Source: Zygnema circumcarinatum SAG 698-1b
Taxonomy: Eukaryota > Plantae > Zygnematophyceae
Assembly (NCBI GenBank): GCA_037447605.1
Contig: CM074822.1
Location: forward strand, 1,697,492 to 1,761,491
Direction of reading: 5' to 3'
Length of the DNA: 64,000 bases
Below are positions 34,143 through 47,182 of this stretch, piece after piece. A program made the position numbers and the translations under genes. The notes under the pieces are model-generated. The model was not told the origin of the DNA. It searched no databases and saw only the letters and a program-made list of their open reading frames with translations. The stretch's first letter is position 1. The number at the start of each line of letters is the position of its first letter.

Positions 34143-35375
34143 CTTGGCTTTTGTGTGTGAGAGAGAAAGAGAGAGAGAGAGAGAGCGAGAGAGCGAGAGA
34201 GAGAGAGAGAGAGCGTAGGGTTCAGTAAGGCTGGCGAATTTGGTCACTCTTGGGGTTCAGGGGTTCAGGGTGCGCGTTCAGAAGGGGTCGTTTCTTGTGT
34301 TGTCGATTTGGGGAAATTTTGAACCTCACTCCCGTTGAACCTTCAAAGGCATTTAGGTTTTGTACCACTCTTTCTTGTTAATAGGGGGTTTCAGAATTGA
34401 AAAGATTCGATTGGAATTTGTTTTTTCTAAGAAAGGAAGTGACTTCGCTGTGACCACGGATTCCAAAATTGTGAAAAAGTGTCGTTTTGAGACTCCCTGT
34501 TGATGCTTTTGTGAATTGACGTTTTGTGATGAGCAGTTTAACTGCATGCTTCTCCTTACTAAGATAGTAAACTTTTTGCATCATGTGTAGAGTGCTTCCG
34601 CATCCTCCCTATTAAAGCCCTTCACGAGAGCAATTTGCAAAACAACATAAAGCCAAAAGGCCGTGATTCCGTTCATTTGAGAATTGATTGAGAAGAGGGA
34701 GGGAGGGAGCGAGATAGCTATTGCTTCCTTTCTTCCATTGCGAGAGAGAGAAACGATGGCATAGTTGAAGATAGCAAGAAGCTGGACACCATGCATTTGG
34801 ATTGAACTGATACAACGTTGCAGTCGTACCAATGAAGGTAAAGCTTCGAGTATGAAATCGTGGGCACACTTGCATATAAAACTCAAGCAGAGTACAAGGC
34901 CAATGACGATGGCAATAATGAACTGTAATGATGATGATGATGTTGACGAAGGCGAGGTTGAGGATGAGGACGATGACGATGACGGTGAGGATGTGGAGGG
35001 CAATAATGATGGCGATGAGGAGGAGGATGATGAGGATGAGGATGATGGAGGGTGGACGTATGCCTGAAGTATTATAACCTCTTCAAATCTTACCAGGCGA
35101 AATGCGCCTGTTTCACAAGGAAAGAAGGTCAAGCGATAACATAAAGGCTCTACAAATAAGCGAAAAAAACAAAGATTAAATGTAACAGTTGTCGCCGACC
35201 TACGCGGAGTGGATGGACTACAGTATACGTCAGAAAAAAGAGGGTTAAAAAAAAAAAAAAAAAGGGGGTGGAGGGGTCAGGGGATGACGGAGGGGCGGGG
35301 AGGGGAGGGGAGGAGGATTCAGAGCGCCTCTCAAAGTTCTGCACCTTCAGACTCCCGTTACTACCGCCCCCACAC

Positions 35376-37978
35376 TTAGTCGAAATGCCCTGAACGCCAT
35401 CCTCTCCCTCCATCTTGCCCGGCCCCTCTACTTCTAACGTCTTCCATTCCGCTTGTTCCTTGAGAAACACATGCGTATGAAGACCCCCCATCTCCAGATT
35501 CTACCTGCCATGGTGCATCTCCGAGGGCCCCATCTGAACCTACCAACCAGGGCATATTATGAAGACCCATTTCTCCGGGACTCGGTAAAACTCCCTGCCA
35601 GGGCATTGGGGCCGGGCCCCCTCCCGGCCACCCCATAAAGTCATCTAACAAATTCGGAAACTCCATACCCCCTGAACCCTGCCTAGGCACCTCTTTCCCT
35701 ACCTCTACTTGCCCCGCCTCTCCCCCCCTCCCCCCTCCACGCTCCAAACCCACCGGCGTTGACATTATCACATCCCCATCCATCTCTTCCCTCTTCTGTC
35801 TTCCTAACCCTGCTCCTGAAGAATCAGTTGGTGGGTTGGGAATAAGAAGAGGGGGAGGAGTCGACACCTTCATCGAAGATATAGAAGAAGTTGAAGCTCC
35901 GCTTCGAGATGGGCTCGGCATTTCTTGGTCGGGAGTGGAGGCTGCGGGGCCTTGGTTTCGTGGAATTTGTTGGGTTTTTTCTCCTGTGGAATGTTCTCTA
36001 ACACCCGAGGTGGATTGTCCTGCTCCTCCCCCACCTCCTCCTCCTCCTCCCCCGCCCTCCCATGAGCTACTCCACATCTGCAGATTGCCTGCATTTGGAG
36101 CCAACCCTCCTCCCTCTCTCAAGCCTAAGCTGTGCCCCCCTGCACTTCCCTGCCCTTCATTGTCACCTCCTCCGCCTGCACTCGTCTGCGTAGAACTCTC
36201 CATTGCTCGATTGATCAGCGAAAAATAGTGCTCCCTCTGGTGTCGCTGATTTTCTGCCCCCGTTTGTCCTCCCATTGGCGATATTGGGGCAGAGAGACTG
36301 TTGTTGCTGAGACTACCCGCACTTGAGAGGGCTCGTTCGAGCTGGTGGAGCTCTCCCATTGGCCGCTGCAACTGCTGACCCTGCATAGCAGAACTTCTCT
36401 CTGTGGTAGTAGCATTAGCAAGCTCAGAGAGGGAAGTATCTCCATGCTCTCCCATCTCACAACCTGGCAAGAGGCCGGCCAAAGCATCCAACTCCCCTGC
36501 AATTCTCCCTTCAATTTCAAGCAAGCCCTCTTCTCCCATCTCCACCTTCATAGCCTGCCCAAATCCGGATCCTAAACCGCCCATACTATGGGAATGTCCT
36601 AAAACTGTATCACTCAGACTTCCTTGTTCCATGAGCTGGTTTCCGGCATCCACCTCTGAACCGTCTGACTGACCCTGTAACGGAGCACTGAGAGAGCGTT
36701 CTATGTGGGACTTCGCCCCAATCATTCCAAAGAGATCTGTATCGTTTTCCGGTCGGTTCTGTAAAGCTAATTGGTTGTTCCGAATGTTTTCCAAAGCTCT
36801 TGCAAGTGGGTCTATTTCATTATAGACTCCTCCTCCCTGCCTTGACGATCCGGTCAACTGGCCCGTCCCTCCATGGCTTCCCCAAGTTTGGCCTAACAGC
36901 CCTGCCATCTCTCCCTCCACATTGTTCCCCATCCTTCTCCCTCCCGGCCCACCTCTCCCAGCAGCTGCCCGAAAAATTTCATCTAAACCATCTGCTGTTA
37001 CAGGCATCCTCCTCGAGCCCATATTCCCTCCCCCTAACGCTTGTCCCATCCCCAAAGAATTGAGCATCTGTCTATTCCCTCCCATCATGTTCCCACTGTT
37101 GAAGCTCTCCGCTCCCATGCTGCGATTAAATTCTTGCCCTCCCGACTCCTTTCCCTGCGTTAATAAATCTGCTTCCAGCAGCTGCCTCATTCTTTTACTC
37201 TCCAGCGATTGCTGAAGTTGGCGAGAGATGGGGTAGAGAACATCTTTAGCTGATAATTCCGACTCACGCTGCTGCTGGTTCAGCATCTGTATGGTATTCA
37301 GACTATTTAATGTCTCCTGCAGATTGCTTCTTGTCAGACCACTCTGCCTCAAAGTCATGGCTATATCTGCAGGCGAAAGTTGCATGTTTCCCCCTGCAAA
37401 ACTTCGTCCACTTCCTATTGACATATCTACCGACCGAGAATTGTTCGAGAACCCGCCACCTGGCACAACCCCATTGGTCGTGAATTTATCTGCCAGCGCA
37501 GCCATAGCGGCATTGTTTGCCACTTTGGCCTGCAATTGCTGAGCCCGAGCCATAATGTTAAGGTTAGCAGAGTTCGTGCCACCTGTCGCGTGCTGATTGG
37601 CCGAGCCCCCCAGTAACCCATTGGCTGCCCCACTTCTAAGAAGAGCCAAAAGCTGCAAGTCACCAACTGCCAATCCTGAACCCCCTCCCCCCTGAACCGA
37701 AGTATTACTTCTAAGAGCAGCAGCCGCATTCGCATTAGTGAGTTGGTTCAGAACCTTCTGAAGGCTGCTGCTATTGGCAGTGCTTAGGGCTGACGTGGAC
37801 AAGCCGGCTGAATGGAGAGCTCCTGAACCGGTTGTGTTCACATTGGCATTCGATGCGGCTGCTTTGAGTTGTGCAGATGTGAGGAGATTTTGGGCCATAC
37901 GTTGCTGAACGCCGGGATTGGCTCTGCTTAGAGCTGCTTGTGCTTGTCTCAGATCGAGGGCAGAGAGAGAGGAGGAGG

Positions 37979-38012
<34 letters not shown>

Positions 38013-40541
38013 AAGAGAGGAGCTGCTCTCTGCAGGTCGTTTTACACCTATAAGGCGTTCGGCTACTTCCTGCAAAGGTTGGTAGAGAGTTGGATACAAG
38101 TGAGAGAAGAATGATGAGCAAGAGAACTCATAAACCCGGATAAATAAAGCATGTGACGAAAGGTCACATCATTTCAATAGGAAAAGATATATCGTCTATA
38201 CCTTCATAGAAGCAAGGGCTTCTGAAGCACTGGCTGATGCATTCCGAACTGCAGGTGTTGACCCTACAAGGGCTCGAGCCCAGTTTCCAGTTAAACTGCT
38301 GGACAGTTTCTCTGCATCTCCACTCATCTGCCCTCCAACGGAATGGTCCGATTCCAACGGTATCGAAAAGCTTCTCCCTAATGTCTTCAGAAGTCGGGCT
38401 CTATCCAAACTGGCATTGTTTGGACTAACAGAAAGGTTTGTCTTATCTGCAATTCTTTGGCTGGATAACGATCCTGAAGTCGAAGAATCTGAGTGTGCTG
38501 AAGCTTGGCTACCAAGTCGGGCAGCCGAAAGTTTTTCCAGAACGAGGGCAGGCGGAGCACGGGGAGGCAGGGCAGGGGAAGAAAATTCGTTGGCCCTTAC
38601 AGATGATGTGGTTTGGGGGGGGGCTGGTCGAGGAGCCTTAATAGTTTGGGGACTGTTTTCAGAGGAAAGGAGGGAAGAGAGAGAGCTGAAAGCTTCTCTC
38701 GCTCGTTGAACGAATGCAGGGTCCTCAACCAACTGAAAACTCCAACACATGCACATACATAGCTCATGAGTAGAAAGGAGAACGACAACAAAATGGTTCT
38801 AATAGTTGATGAAAGTAGATGAGAGTACAGGAGTGATGGGATTCAGAGAGAATGTAAGAAAGAGAACAAGAGTCTCTCTCACTCTCTCTCTCTCCATCTC
38901 CCTCTGCCCCCTTCCCCCCTCTCCCTCCCCCTCTCCTTCTTCTCTCCCTCTCCCTTTCCCTCTCTTCTTTCCGTCCCCAATCAGCCTGGCAAGCACGAGA
39001 CATGAAAGAGTTTTTGAAGAAATACAACACAACTGCAGAGAGACAATGAAAAGTTTTTTTTGGCTCACCCGAGTGACGGAGCCAAGTTGTAAGACTCCTT
39101 GAGGGACTGCGATTACCGCGATTGTCTGTAAAAAGTTGAAAAATATGAAAGTATATAAGGAAATAATTTCGTTTCGTTGAATATCCAATGGAAAAGTAAT
39201 AGATAGGAAAGGAATAAGCTAAAGGTATAACTTGTAGGCTTTTGCTCACCTGAATTCCGGCATCAAATTGCTCCTTCCACCCAACTGGATACTGAGCAAC
39301 ACATGGAAATCGCACATGTAAAATGTTAGACTAAGTTTCACCGTTCTCTCCGACGAGGGTGCAATTAGATGGCCATGAAAGTCTTTAGGTGGTTAAGATT
39401 CTGGAACAATAAAAAAGCTATGGACTTCACGAACCCTAGAAAATAAAAGACAAAATAAGGGCATATGACTGCCTGAGATACTACTGAGATTTTTTATTTT
39501 TTTTCTCCAAAGACTATGACAAGGTTTACCTGGTCAGCCATGGAGTCAAGAACTGAAGAGGGAGTTTCTGGATTGATGTGGTCCCGCAGGACCCACCGAT
39601 GGTTGCCACGAAGGGCCACTTTGCCAATAAGCCTGCGGGAGAGAGAGAAGGGTGGTAGGGAAGGAGGGAGAGAGGAAGGGAGGGGAGGAGGGAGGGAGGA
39701 GGGAGGAGGGAGGAGGGAGGAGGGCGAGAGGAAGGGAGGGAGGAGGAGGGAGGAGGGAGGAGGAGGAGGGAGGAGGGAGGAGGGAGGAGGGAGGAGGGAG
39801 GAGGAGGAGGGAGGAGGGAGGGAGGAGGGAGGGAGGAGGGAGGAGGGAGAGGGAGGAGGGAGTGAGGGAGGAGGGAGGAGGAGGAGGGAGGAGGGAGGAG
39901 GGAGGGAGGAGGGAGGAGGAGGAGGGAGGAGGAGGAGGAGGAGGGAGGAGGGAGGAGGGAGGAGGGAGAGGAGGAGGAGGGAGGAGGGAGGAGGGAGGAG
40001 GAGGAGGAGGAGGGAGGAGGGAGGAGGGAAGAGGGAGGAGGGAGTGGGGGGGAGGGGGGGGAGAGGACAAGAGCGCAGAGAATAAAACGCGGAGGAAAGG
40101 GGAAGAAAACGGAGAGAAACAGGCGAAATACGGGAGAGCGGGCGGGAGAAAGAAAGAGAGGAATGGAGAAGGGAGCGAGGGGGAAGGACAAAAAGGAAAA
40201 ATAAAAAAACTCGTGAATACGAAAGTGAGGGATATGCCAGAGAGGGGAACCAAATAACTTAGTTCTCCCCTTATGGAAACGGGAGAACTAAGAACTTGAA
40301 ACATATGCAGAAAACAAACAAGAAAAACAAACGTGCAAGTGTTTTGTAAAGAAATCCTTGGAAAGTCAATAGCTTACCCTTCCCCATAGTTGTACAATTG
40401 GTACGACATTTTGGCATAGGCGGAGGGGAGGAGGACTTCGGCATCGAGCTGCTTTGAATCGACGGCTTCGGCGCCGCCCTGAGGGAGATACGAGCGGGAG
40501 GGAAGGACGCTGTAGCCGTCCTCCCACATGAGAACCCTGAC

Positions 40542-40573
<32 letters not shown>

Positions 40574-41758
40574 GTGGAAGGGAGGAGAGAGGAGGAGAAG
40601 GAAACGGAGAAGGAGAAGAGGAGAAGGAGGATGAGAAGGTGAAGGAGAAGGAGGAGAAGAAGGTGGAGATGGAGAAGAAGACAGAGCAAAAACGGAACAG
40701 GAAGAAGTAAAGAACACGTTAGCAAAAAAGGCAGTAAATGTAAGAAAATAAGACTTTTTTCGCAACAAATCAACTGAAAAGCTCAGACGTGCAAACCAGA
40801 ATTTGACCCGATGAGCTTTAGTTCTTCACAGCCTTCCGTAGACTGCATGTAACGCCGTTGACATGCATGGTGTCTTCGAACTCTACATTTTCCAGACACC
40901 AAACGGAAATACAGAATACACAACTCTGCGATTGAGGTTCCTTCGGCATACTGATTTTCCTTCCCCTGACGTTTTTGCAGTGAAGTTTTTTATTCTTAAC
41001 CCTCATCGCTAGGATAATATTGTGCTGAATGAATGTACAATCTCAAAGAAGAGCTTCCATCCGGTGGATCATCCATACCCACAGTCGGCTAGTTACATGC
41101 TGGCCTTCAAGACCCGACATTGTTTATTGTAGTTTTGTCACTGCAAGCTAAGCTTGAGCAGATCCCGCAGTTTACGTACCAGTTATTCTTCTCCTTCTCC
41201 TTGCTCGAACCACTTCCCGTCATTTCTCCTGCTTTCCCAGTCCTATAAAGAATACCAACACAACAGAACCTTTACTCTTTTGACCTAAACGACTCATAAG
41301 GGCTCAGCCTCCTCGCTCCCGCTCTCTCACACTATCGTCACCTCTATTGCTTTCTCACAGCTTCTCCCCCAACCCGTTCCCCTTTCTCCTCCAGACAGCC
41401 AGACTCGCATCCAAACACAGAGAGATAGGGAGAAGAATCCAGAAGCCGACAAACTTATAACCCGTGGTTGGCAGGCATCTGTCAATGCATGCAGATAGTG
41501 AGACCTTTGCTCCATAGCCACAAGCCCTAAACTGAGTCATTCAAAAAACTAAAACCCGATCTTCTAGATATAATACATGAAAGCAGAGAACCAAATGTCG
41601 CGTGGATGCAAAGAAGCTTACCGTTGGCGAACTTCCCGAGGGAAGGCCCTTGGACGAAGGCGCCAAAAGACAGTATAAGACCAGCCTGTGTTTCGACACA
41701 TAGCACATAGAGCTTCATGCAGGCGCTGGTGCCCTGCCTGCACCATCTGGCCATCCAT
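35376..41758 (-). CDS. bHLH-MYC_N domain protein (RSS3/LHW-like) lacking a visible bHLH, with long Q/G/S/N-rich tail, 1261 aa
   Basis: Exons 41758-41622, 41242-41180, 40536-40378, 39632-39530, 39291-39250, 39125-39069, 38732-38202 and 38069-35376 total 3786 nt in frame. Sequence: [92 protein letters not shown]. Confidence 0.9.
39639..40070. repeat. (GGA/GGGA)n purine tract (CT-rich on the transcript) in intron 3 of the MYC_N gene
   Basis: GGAGGGAGGA repeats for ~430 bp next to the acceptor at 39633. Confidence 0.9.
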
Positions 41759-44522
41759 GGCTGCTCAAACCTAAGGCCTTCTGGCTGGCAGGACGCTTCC
41801 TGCAGAGTTTCTAAGCCTGTGCGTATTGAGTCGAGCCCAGCCGTTTCATATCGATGAAAGCCGGCTCAATGTCCTAAGTCAGACTAGTAATTAGAATCCC
41901 TGCGGCAGAAGGTAGGACGGGTGTGTTTCAGGGGATCCATGTTTAAAAATGCAGGTTTCAGGACATGAGCACATGCAGACAGTTATATGCAGAAAGGAAG
42001 AGCATGAATGCAGGTGGATTAAGGAATGGCCTTGTGCTCTTGTATTGAGCTTCAGACCGCCTCTGGATGGAAGTTAGTTAATAGGTTAAAATCTATCATG
42101 AGGAGGTCTCCTTCCACAAACTCAGTTTTCCGTCAAAGGCGAGTACACAGGTATGTTTTTCGGGCAGTCTCTATCAGATTTTTCGAAGTTCTGTCCTGCA
42201 AGCAAATATTGCTTCCAGCAGCTAACAATCGACTCAAATAAGCTCTCTGAAAGGACAGGCCCACACAACCAACATTTCATAAACGCAGCGCTTTAGCTGC
42301 TGAGGCTTATCAAGGATTCTCTGAAATCGAGAGAGGGAGAGAGAGGGGCAGAGGGTTGGCAAGTCTATGAGACGTCTCGACTGACGCATACAACTGATAC
42401 ATGCCGTGTCAGACGCAGGTTATTGTAGAAAGGGAAAAAAAAGTTGGCAAGAGGTCTTAGCCAGGTATAGGAGACCGGCTGAATCTGTTAAGTGGTAATA
42501 TGTGAACAACAAAGTAGTTTTGGTTAACGGTAATCTCTTTAATGGCATGCAATTCCTACAGGTCCTGAAGCTCCTGCATTTCCTGACAATGTCTGGCATT
42601 CCCGGAACCTTCGTTCCACGATAACTGGCACGAGGATGAACGAAAACGGCATGTCAAAGCCTGCCTACCTTACAAAAAGACTCTGCATCCCTCCACAGCT
42701 GTACCCATGCTGCAGTTTCCGTCTCAGTTTTGAATGCCTGAACAACCGCATTAAACAGAAGGCCCTCAACACTCCTGCAGCCTTGCCCGCCATGGTCTCT
42801 CCTCCTTCATTGCAGAAAGAAGCCACTCCCTTAAAAACTTCCAAGAAGTCGCTATGGCTTCTCTACCTCTGTCGTTTTCAAAGCTCCTCTACCTCCCTCT
42901 CCCTCTCCCCCTCCTCGCCCCACTCCCTCCCTCTCTCTCCGCTTTCCTCCTTTCCCTCTGCTCCCCCTCCCTCTCCCTCTCCCTACTCCCTCTCCCTTTC
43001 CCTCTCCCTCCCCACTCACACCATTTACCCTAACCAGTTGGCCATGTACATTTGATGGCATCGCCATCGTCAGATCAGTGCCACATCCTTTGCCCTAATC
43101 GTACGGTCCCACAGATAAATTCCGTACCATCAGACGGTAGTAGGTGCTAGATTCGTACATTGTTCGTACAGTGTTCGTACAATGCTCGTGTAATAACCGT
43201 ACAACAATCGTACGTTGTTCGTACAATATCCGTAGAACAAAAAGAAGGCGTACTTATATCCGTACGGTCCCCTCGTGGTGTCTTTATCCACTGTGACCAC
43301 CATAGCCACACTCAGCCAATGGTAGATCGTCACGTGGACACAACGCCATGTGACGCATTTCTATTGGTGAGAATGGTCAAGAAAGTCTCAAATGCAAGAA
43401 GGCTCCTGGAAGGTTCGCCTCTTTCCGTACAGGTTCTGGTAGGTGTCCCTACTTGTAAGGGCCGCCTTTGCGGCCGGCGAATGCATGGCGGCAGCTCTGC
43501 CAGCTCAGCAGATCTGGAGGACGGCGGCCAATGGATGTCTGTCACGTAGGTGAAAGTGGTGGATTTAGTCGGCAACCGTGTTGGACTTTTCTGGGTTTGA
43601 ACTTCGAACCCTGCCGGCCGCTCGTTGACTTTTACAGTTGGATCAACTCTGGAATTTCGTGGATCGCATCGAGATCAACAACCCTGGATAGCCGCCTAGG
43701 GAATCGAATCACGATTCCATTTGGATCAAACCGTGGTTGCTCCTGCTGGGAAGGTCGGTGGATCCAGTTCAGATGGGCCAATGCAAGTGGGCGGCGAACG
43801 AGATATTCTAGGGACCATCATAAATTCAAAGGTGTGTTCCAATTCTGCGATTGGTTCATGTGTTCAACTGAATCAGCCATATCCACGTGGCTGAATCGGG
43901 GGCGCACATGGCTCCAGGACCAGCACTGGACCGTACGGACGAACTGGCAGGACTGTTTCCATGAATTTTCACACCGTGTTTCGTATGCATCAATCCGTAT
44001 CCTTGTCTGCCGTACAATTTCCGTATCGTACCTACCGAGATCTCGAGGCTGAAAGGGTAGGTCCCGGTTCATATCGTAGGTCGGTGGATCGTACCGTACG
44101 GCCTACTCAACCGTATCCGTTGGAGGTGAAAGGTTTCACAGTTCGGACCAGTGGATCGGCAACCATTGGACAACCATTGGATGGCAATGGTTGGACGTCT
44201 ACTGGTTTGTCTAATGGTCCGATCTGTGAAAGGTTTAGGTTGTCGGCCTGTCGGTGCCACCGCCTCGATGGTCGGATGGTTTTTTCATGTGTTAGTTGAT
44301 GGGACTTCGTACTTGTTTGTACAGTTTTGTCTCTGTTACAGTATACTGTACCTTAAGGGAATTGTTTTTCCGTACATAGTTCATACGGCCTATGCAACTG
44401 TACGGGTGTGTGATATCGTATCGTATCGTATCTCTTGGGATGCAAATACGATACAGTATGTATGCGATGTTAAATGTACGGTACGGTATTCAGATACGTA
44501 TCCTATTGTCCTCGTGTTGTGA

Positions 44523-45910
44523 GTCGACGACGCAATGTAGCTCAAGCGATCGCAATGGCAGCTACCGCGTTTTTGGGTAGTTGGGCTCTCGTTGCTCCTA
44601 TTTCGGCTTTGCGTTTTCTTGTGGACGAGTGTCCGTTGCTTCAGTCTGTTGCTGCCCATGTTGATGATGGTGCTCTTTCGTTCCAGGCTACATTGCGTTA
44701 TGCCCTTAGTTTGCTTCCTTCTAGTGCTAAGGCCCGTGCTCCCCCGTTCGCTTCAATTGCCGTTGAGTCTGTCTCGCGTGTCCAGCTCACATTGACTGAG
44801 GATGTAGTTGCTGCTGAGTTCTCTCCCCTTATTGCGGCTCTCCCTTCAAATGTTGCATGCTAGGCTCCGCTCTTGTGCTGGTCTTGGAGCCCGGGCTTGG
44901 TTGGCTGTTACCCCGACATTTTCCACCCTTCCTTTTGACCCCGAGCCAGTTTCAGCTTGTAGCGCGACTTTGTCTCGGGCTCCCCCACCCCCCATTGCAG
45001 GGTTTTCTTTGTTGTGTTTGTGGTGATTCGGTCGATGTGCAGGGCGTTCATCTCCTTCCATGCGCGCACGGTGGCGAAAGCATATTGGCTCATAATGTTG
45101 TGCGCGATGCGATTGTTGTGGTGGCACAAGAGGTCGGCTTTCTTGTGTGATGCGAGCCGAGCCACATTGTGCCCCCTCGACTAACTGTTCTTGGCGAGCT
45201 TGGAGTTCGCCCTGATTTGGCTATCATGGATGGTGCTCAGCGCATTTTTGAGGATGTTACGTTGGCCGATCAACACATTGCGATTTATCGTCGCGTTCAG
45301 CGCAGTTTTAGTTAATTCTTTACGTGAATCAAAAGTTCAATGCAGAAATACTTTTTCTCCATCCTCCGCAAGTAGCGCACATATGCCCATTTTGATGCGG
45401 CCGACGAGTTTGTTCCTATGGCTGTTGCGATCTTTTGTTGCCTTGACGCCTGTTTGGATGGCTCCTTCCCTTCGCCAGTGCTTACGTGCGCCCATCGCTC
45501 CTTGGAGATGCGCGCACGGCCCCGGAAGGAAGCCCTCCTCCCCTCCTTCGGCAATCCTCGCCACTTTTAATCCACAAAGCATTTTCGTCGCCCTTCAACG
45601 GTGCCCTCCTCGCTTTTACGCTTCTTCGGCGTGAAGCCATGGTTGTTAATGACCGTGTCGGTGGCCTTCCGCCGCTCTCTCCCTCCCTCCGTGCAATGTG
45701 CCGCACATCGGTGACCTTGGCGACCTTGGCGGCTGCTTCGAGGGAGGGCTGCGTTGTTGAGCCTAGGCGTACCTTTCAGCTCCTAACTTTTTTCTTTGTC
45801 CTTAGGTCCTTTTGCGACCAATTCTACGTGGTTCCCCATGATGATTTTGTCCATGTACGCATCATGAGATCAACGCACATCACTTCTTCAATGACAATGG
45901 CTTCCGTAGT
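44523..45910 (+). mobile_element. Decayed 3' portion of a CRE-clade (restriction-like endonuclease) LINE
   Basis: Frameshifted ORF remnants: AFLGSWALVAP, ARLRSCAGLGARAWL, LCLGLPHP, Zn knuckle CVCG..VHLLPC..HNVVRDAI, RLE motif RPDL..EDVTLAD, FVPMAV and ..SIFVALQR. Possible TSD GTGTTGTGA at 44514-44522 and 45911-45919. Confidence 0.85.
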
Positions 45911-45961
45911 GTGTTGTGACATATACGGTTATGTGTTGTGAATGAGAGAGGGATGTAGCTT

Positions 45962-46060
45962 GATTTCACGATGGCGATGATGGCATCAAATGTACATGGA
46001 AAAAATCATCATGGGGAACCACGAGGAACTGGTCGACAAAGACCTAAGGACAAGAGTAAA
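45962..46060 (-). mobile_element. Short CRE-like LINE 3' UTR fragment, inverted relative to its neighbour
   Basis: GTACATGGAAAAAATCATCATGGGGAACCACGAGGAACTGGTCGACAAAGACCTAAGGACAA is the reverse complement of the 45795-45860 3' UTR type. Confidence 0.7.
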
Positions 46061-46163
46061 AGAGCCTGTAAATGGCGCTATGGCACCATGCGCTGCACTT
46101 CATGTTGCCCATCCAAAACACAAGGGATAGAGAGAGAGAGTGTGTGCGTGTGCGCGTGTGTGT

Positions 46164-46211
<48 letters not shown>

Positions 46212-47182
46212 GGGGGGGGTAAACACGGGAATTTGACAGAAAGCAGGCTGAAGCACGCTTGAATCTCCTCCTTCCTTGAGGCTTTGCCCCCTCATGCAGT
46301 CATTGCGAGAAACTTGCAGCTTGGCCAAAGTGATACTGCAATAAACTGACAGAGTTCAAATGAGAATTATAGAGGAAACGCTTTATTTTGTAAGATAAGA
46401 GATTACAACACCTTTTTAGAGGATCCTAGAGGAAAGTACAAACAAGCAATCGACTACTGGAAACCTTCACAACTCCCCATGTTTCGTCAAGATGCCACGT
46501 GGCAGCAGCTTGCTGAGGAACTGCATGTGCCAACATATCGGTATTCCTACGTAGGTGAAACAAAAACATGCATGTAACCGAACCTTCAGAAAACTAATGA
46601 AAGAAAAAAAAGAAAAAAAAAAACCTGTATGGAAACTGCATTGGCTATGCATTCGTTGCTGAACACATACATTCAAAGCTGCGACACACGTCCGATTGCA
46701 TTAGGGGACCGCTGCTTTTAAATCAAAATGACTAAAGCAGGAAAGAAAAATTCATGTTCTACCAAAAATCCACACTGTCGTGCAGGGAAGCATAACACAC
46801 TCAAACTGACTGTCCGCAGAAGCTTAAAGTTACAATTCCGGAAGCTGCGAATTGCAGCCATTGTCGATAGACACAAAACACCACTCTCTGATATTTACAA
46901 AACAGTTTCTTATCTTTACATGTAAGCGCAACTCCTTGCCACTCTGTAGCTCTTTCACGACAGGTTCACTACAGGTTCCTTCCATATCACTCCAAACAGC
47001 ACCACTCGGATTCTACATCTCTCACTCCTTCAAAGATTCCAGTTGGAATCCACTCCATAACGCGAAAGCCGACATGAAAACCGATGTCAAATCATGACAT
47101 TTGGAAACAGAGGCGGAGGTACCCTCAAAGCAGCCAGAGCTGCAGTGGCTTCACGCTATTCAACTTCCGACCTAACTCCCTG

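Noticed and set aside
34581-35132. 183-aa Ser-rich minus ORF and 100-aa acidic plus ORF (34765-35067)
   Set aside because: Both derive from a GAT/GAG trinucleotide-rich patch between converging 3' ends. Probably UTR.
31181-38709. Many antisense and alternate-frame ORFs overlapping the long genes (also 52621-56669)
   Set aside because: Shadow ORFs of long, codon-biased CDSs.
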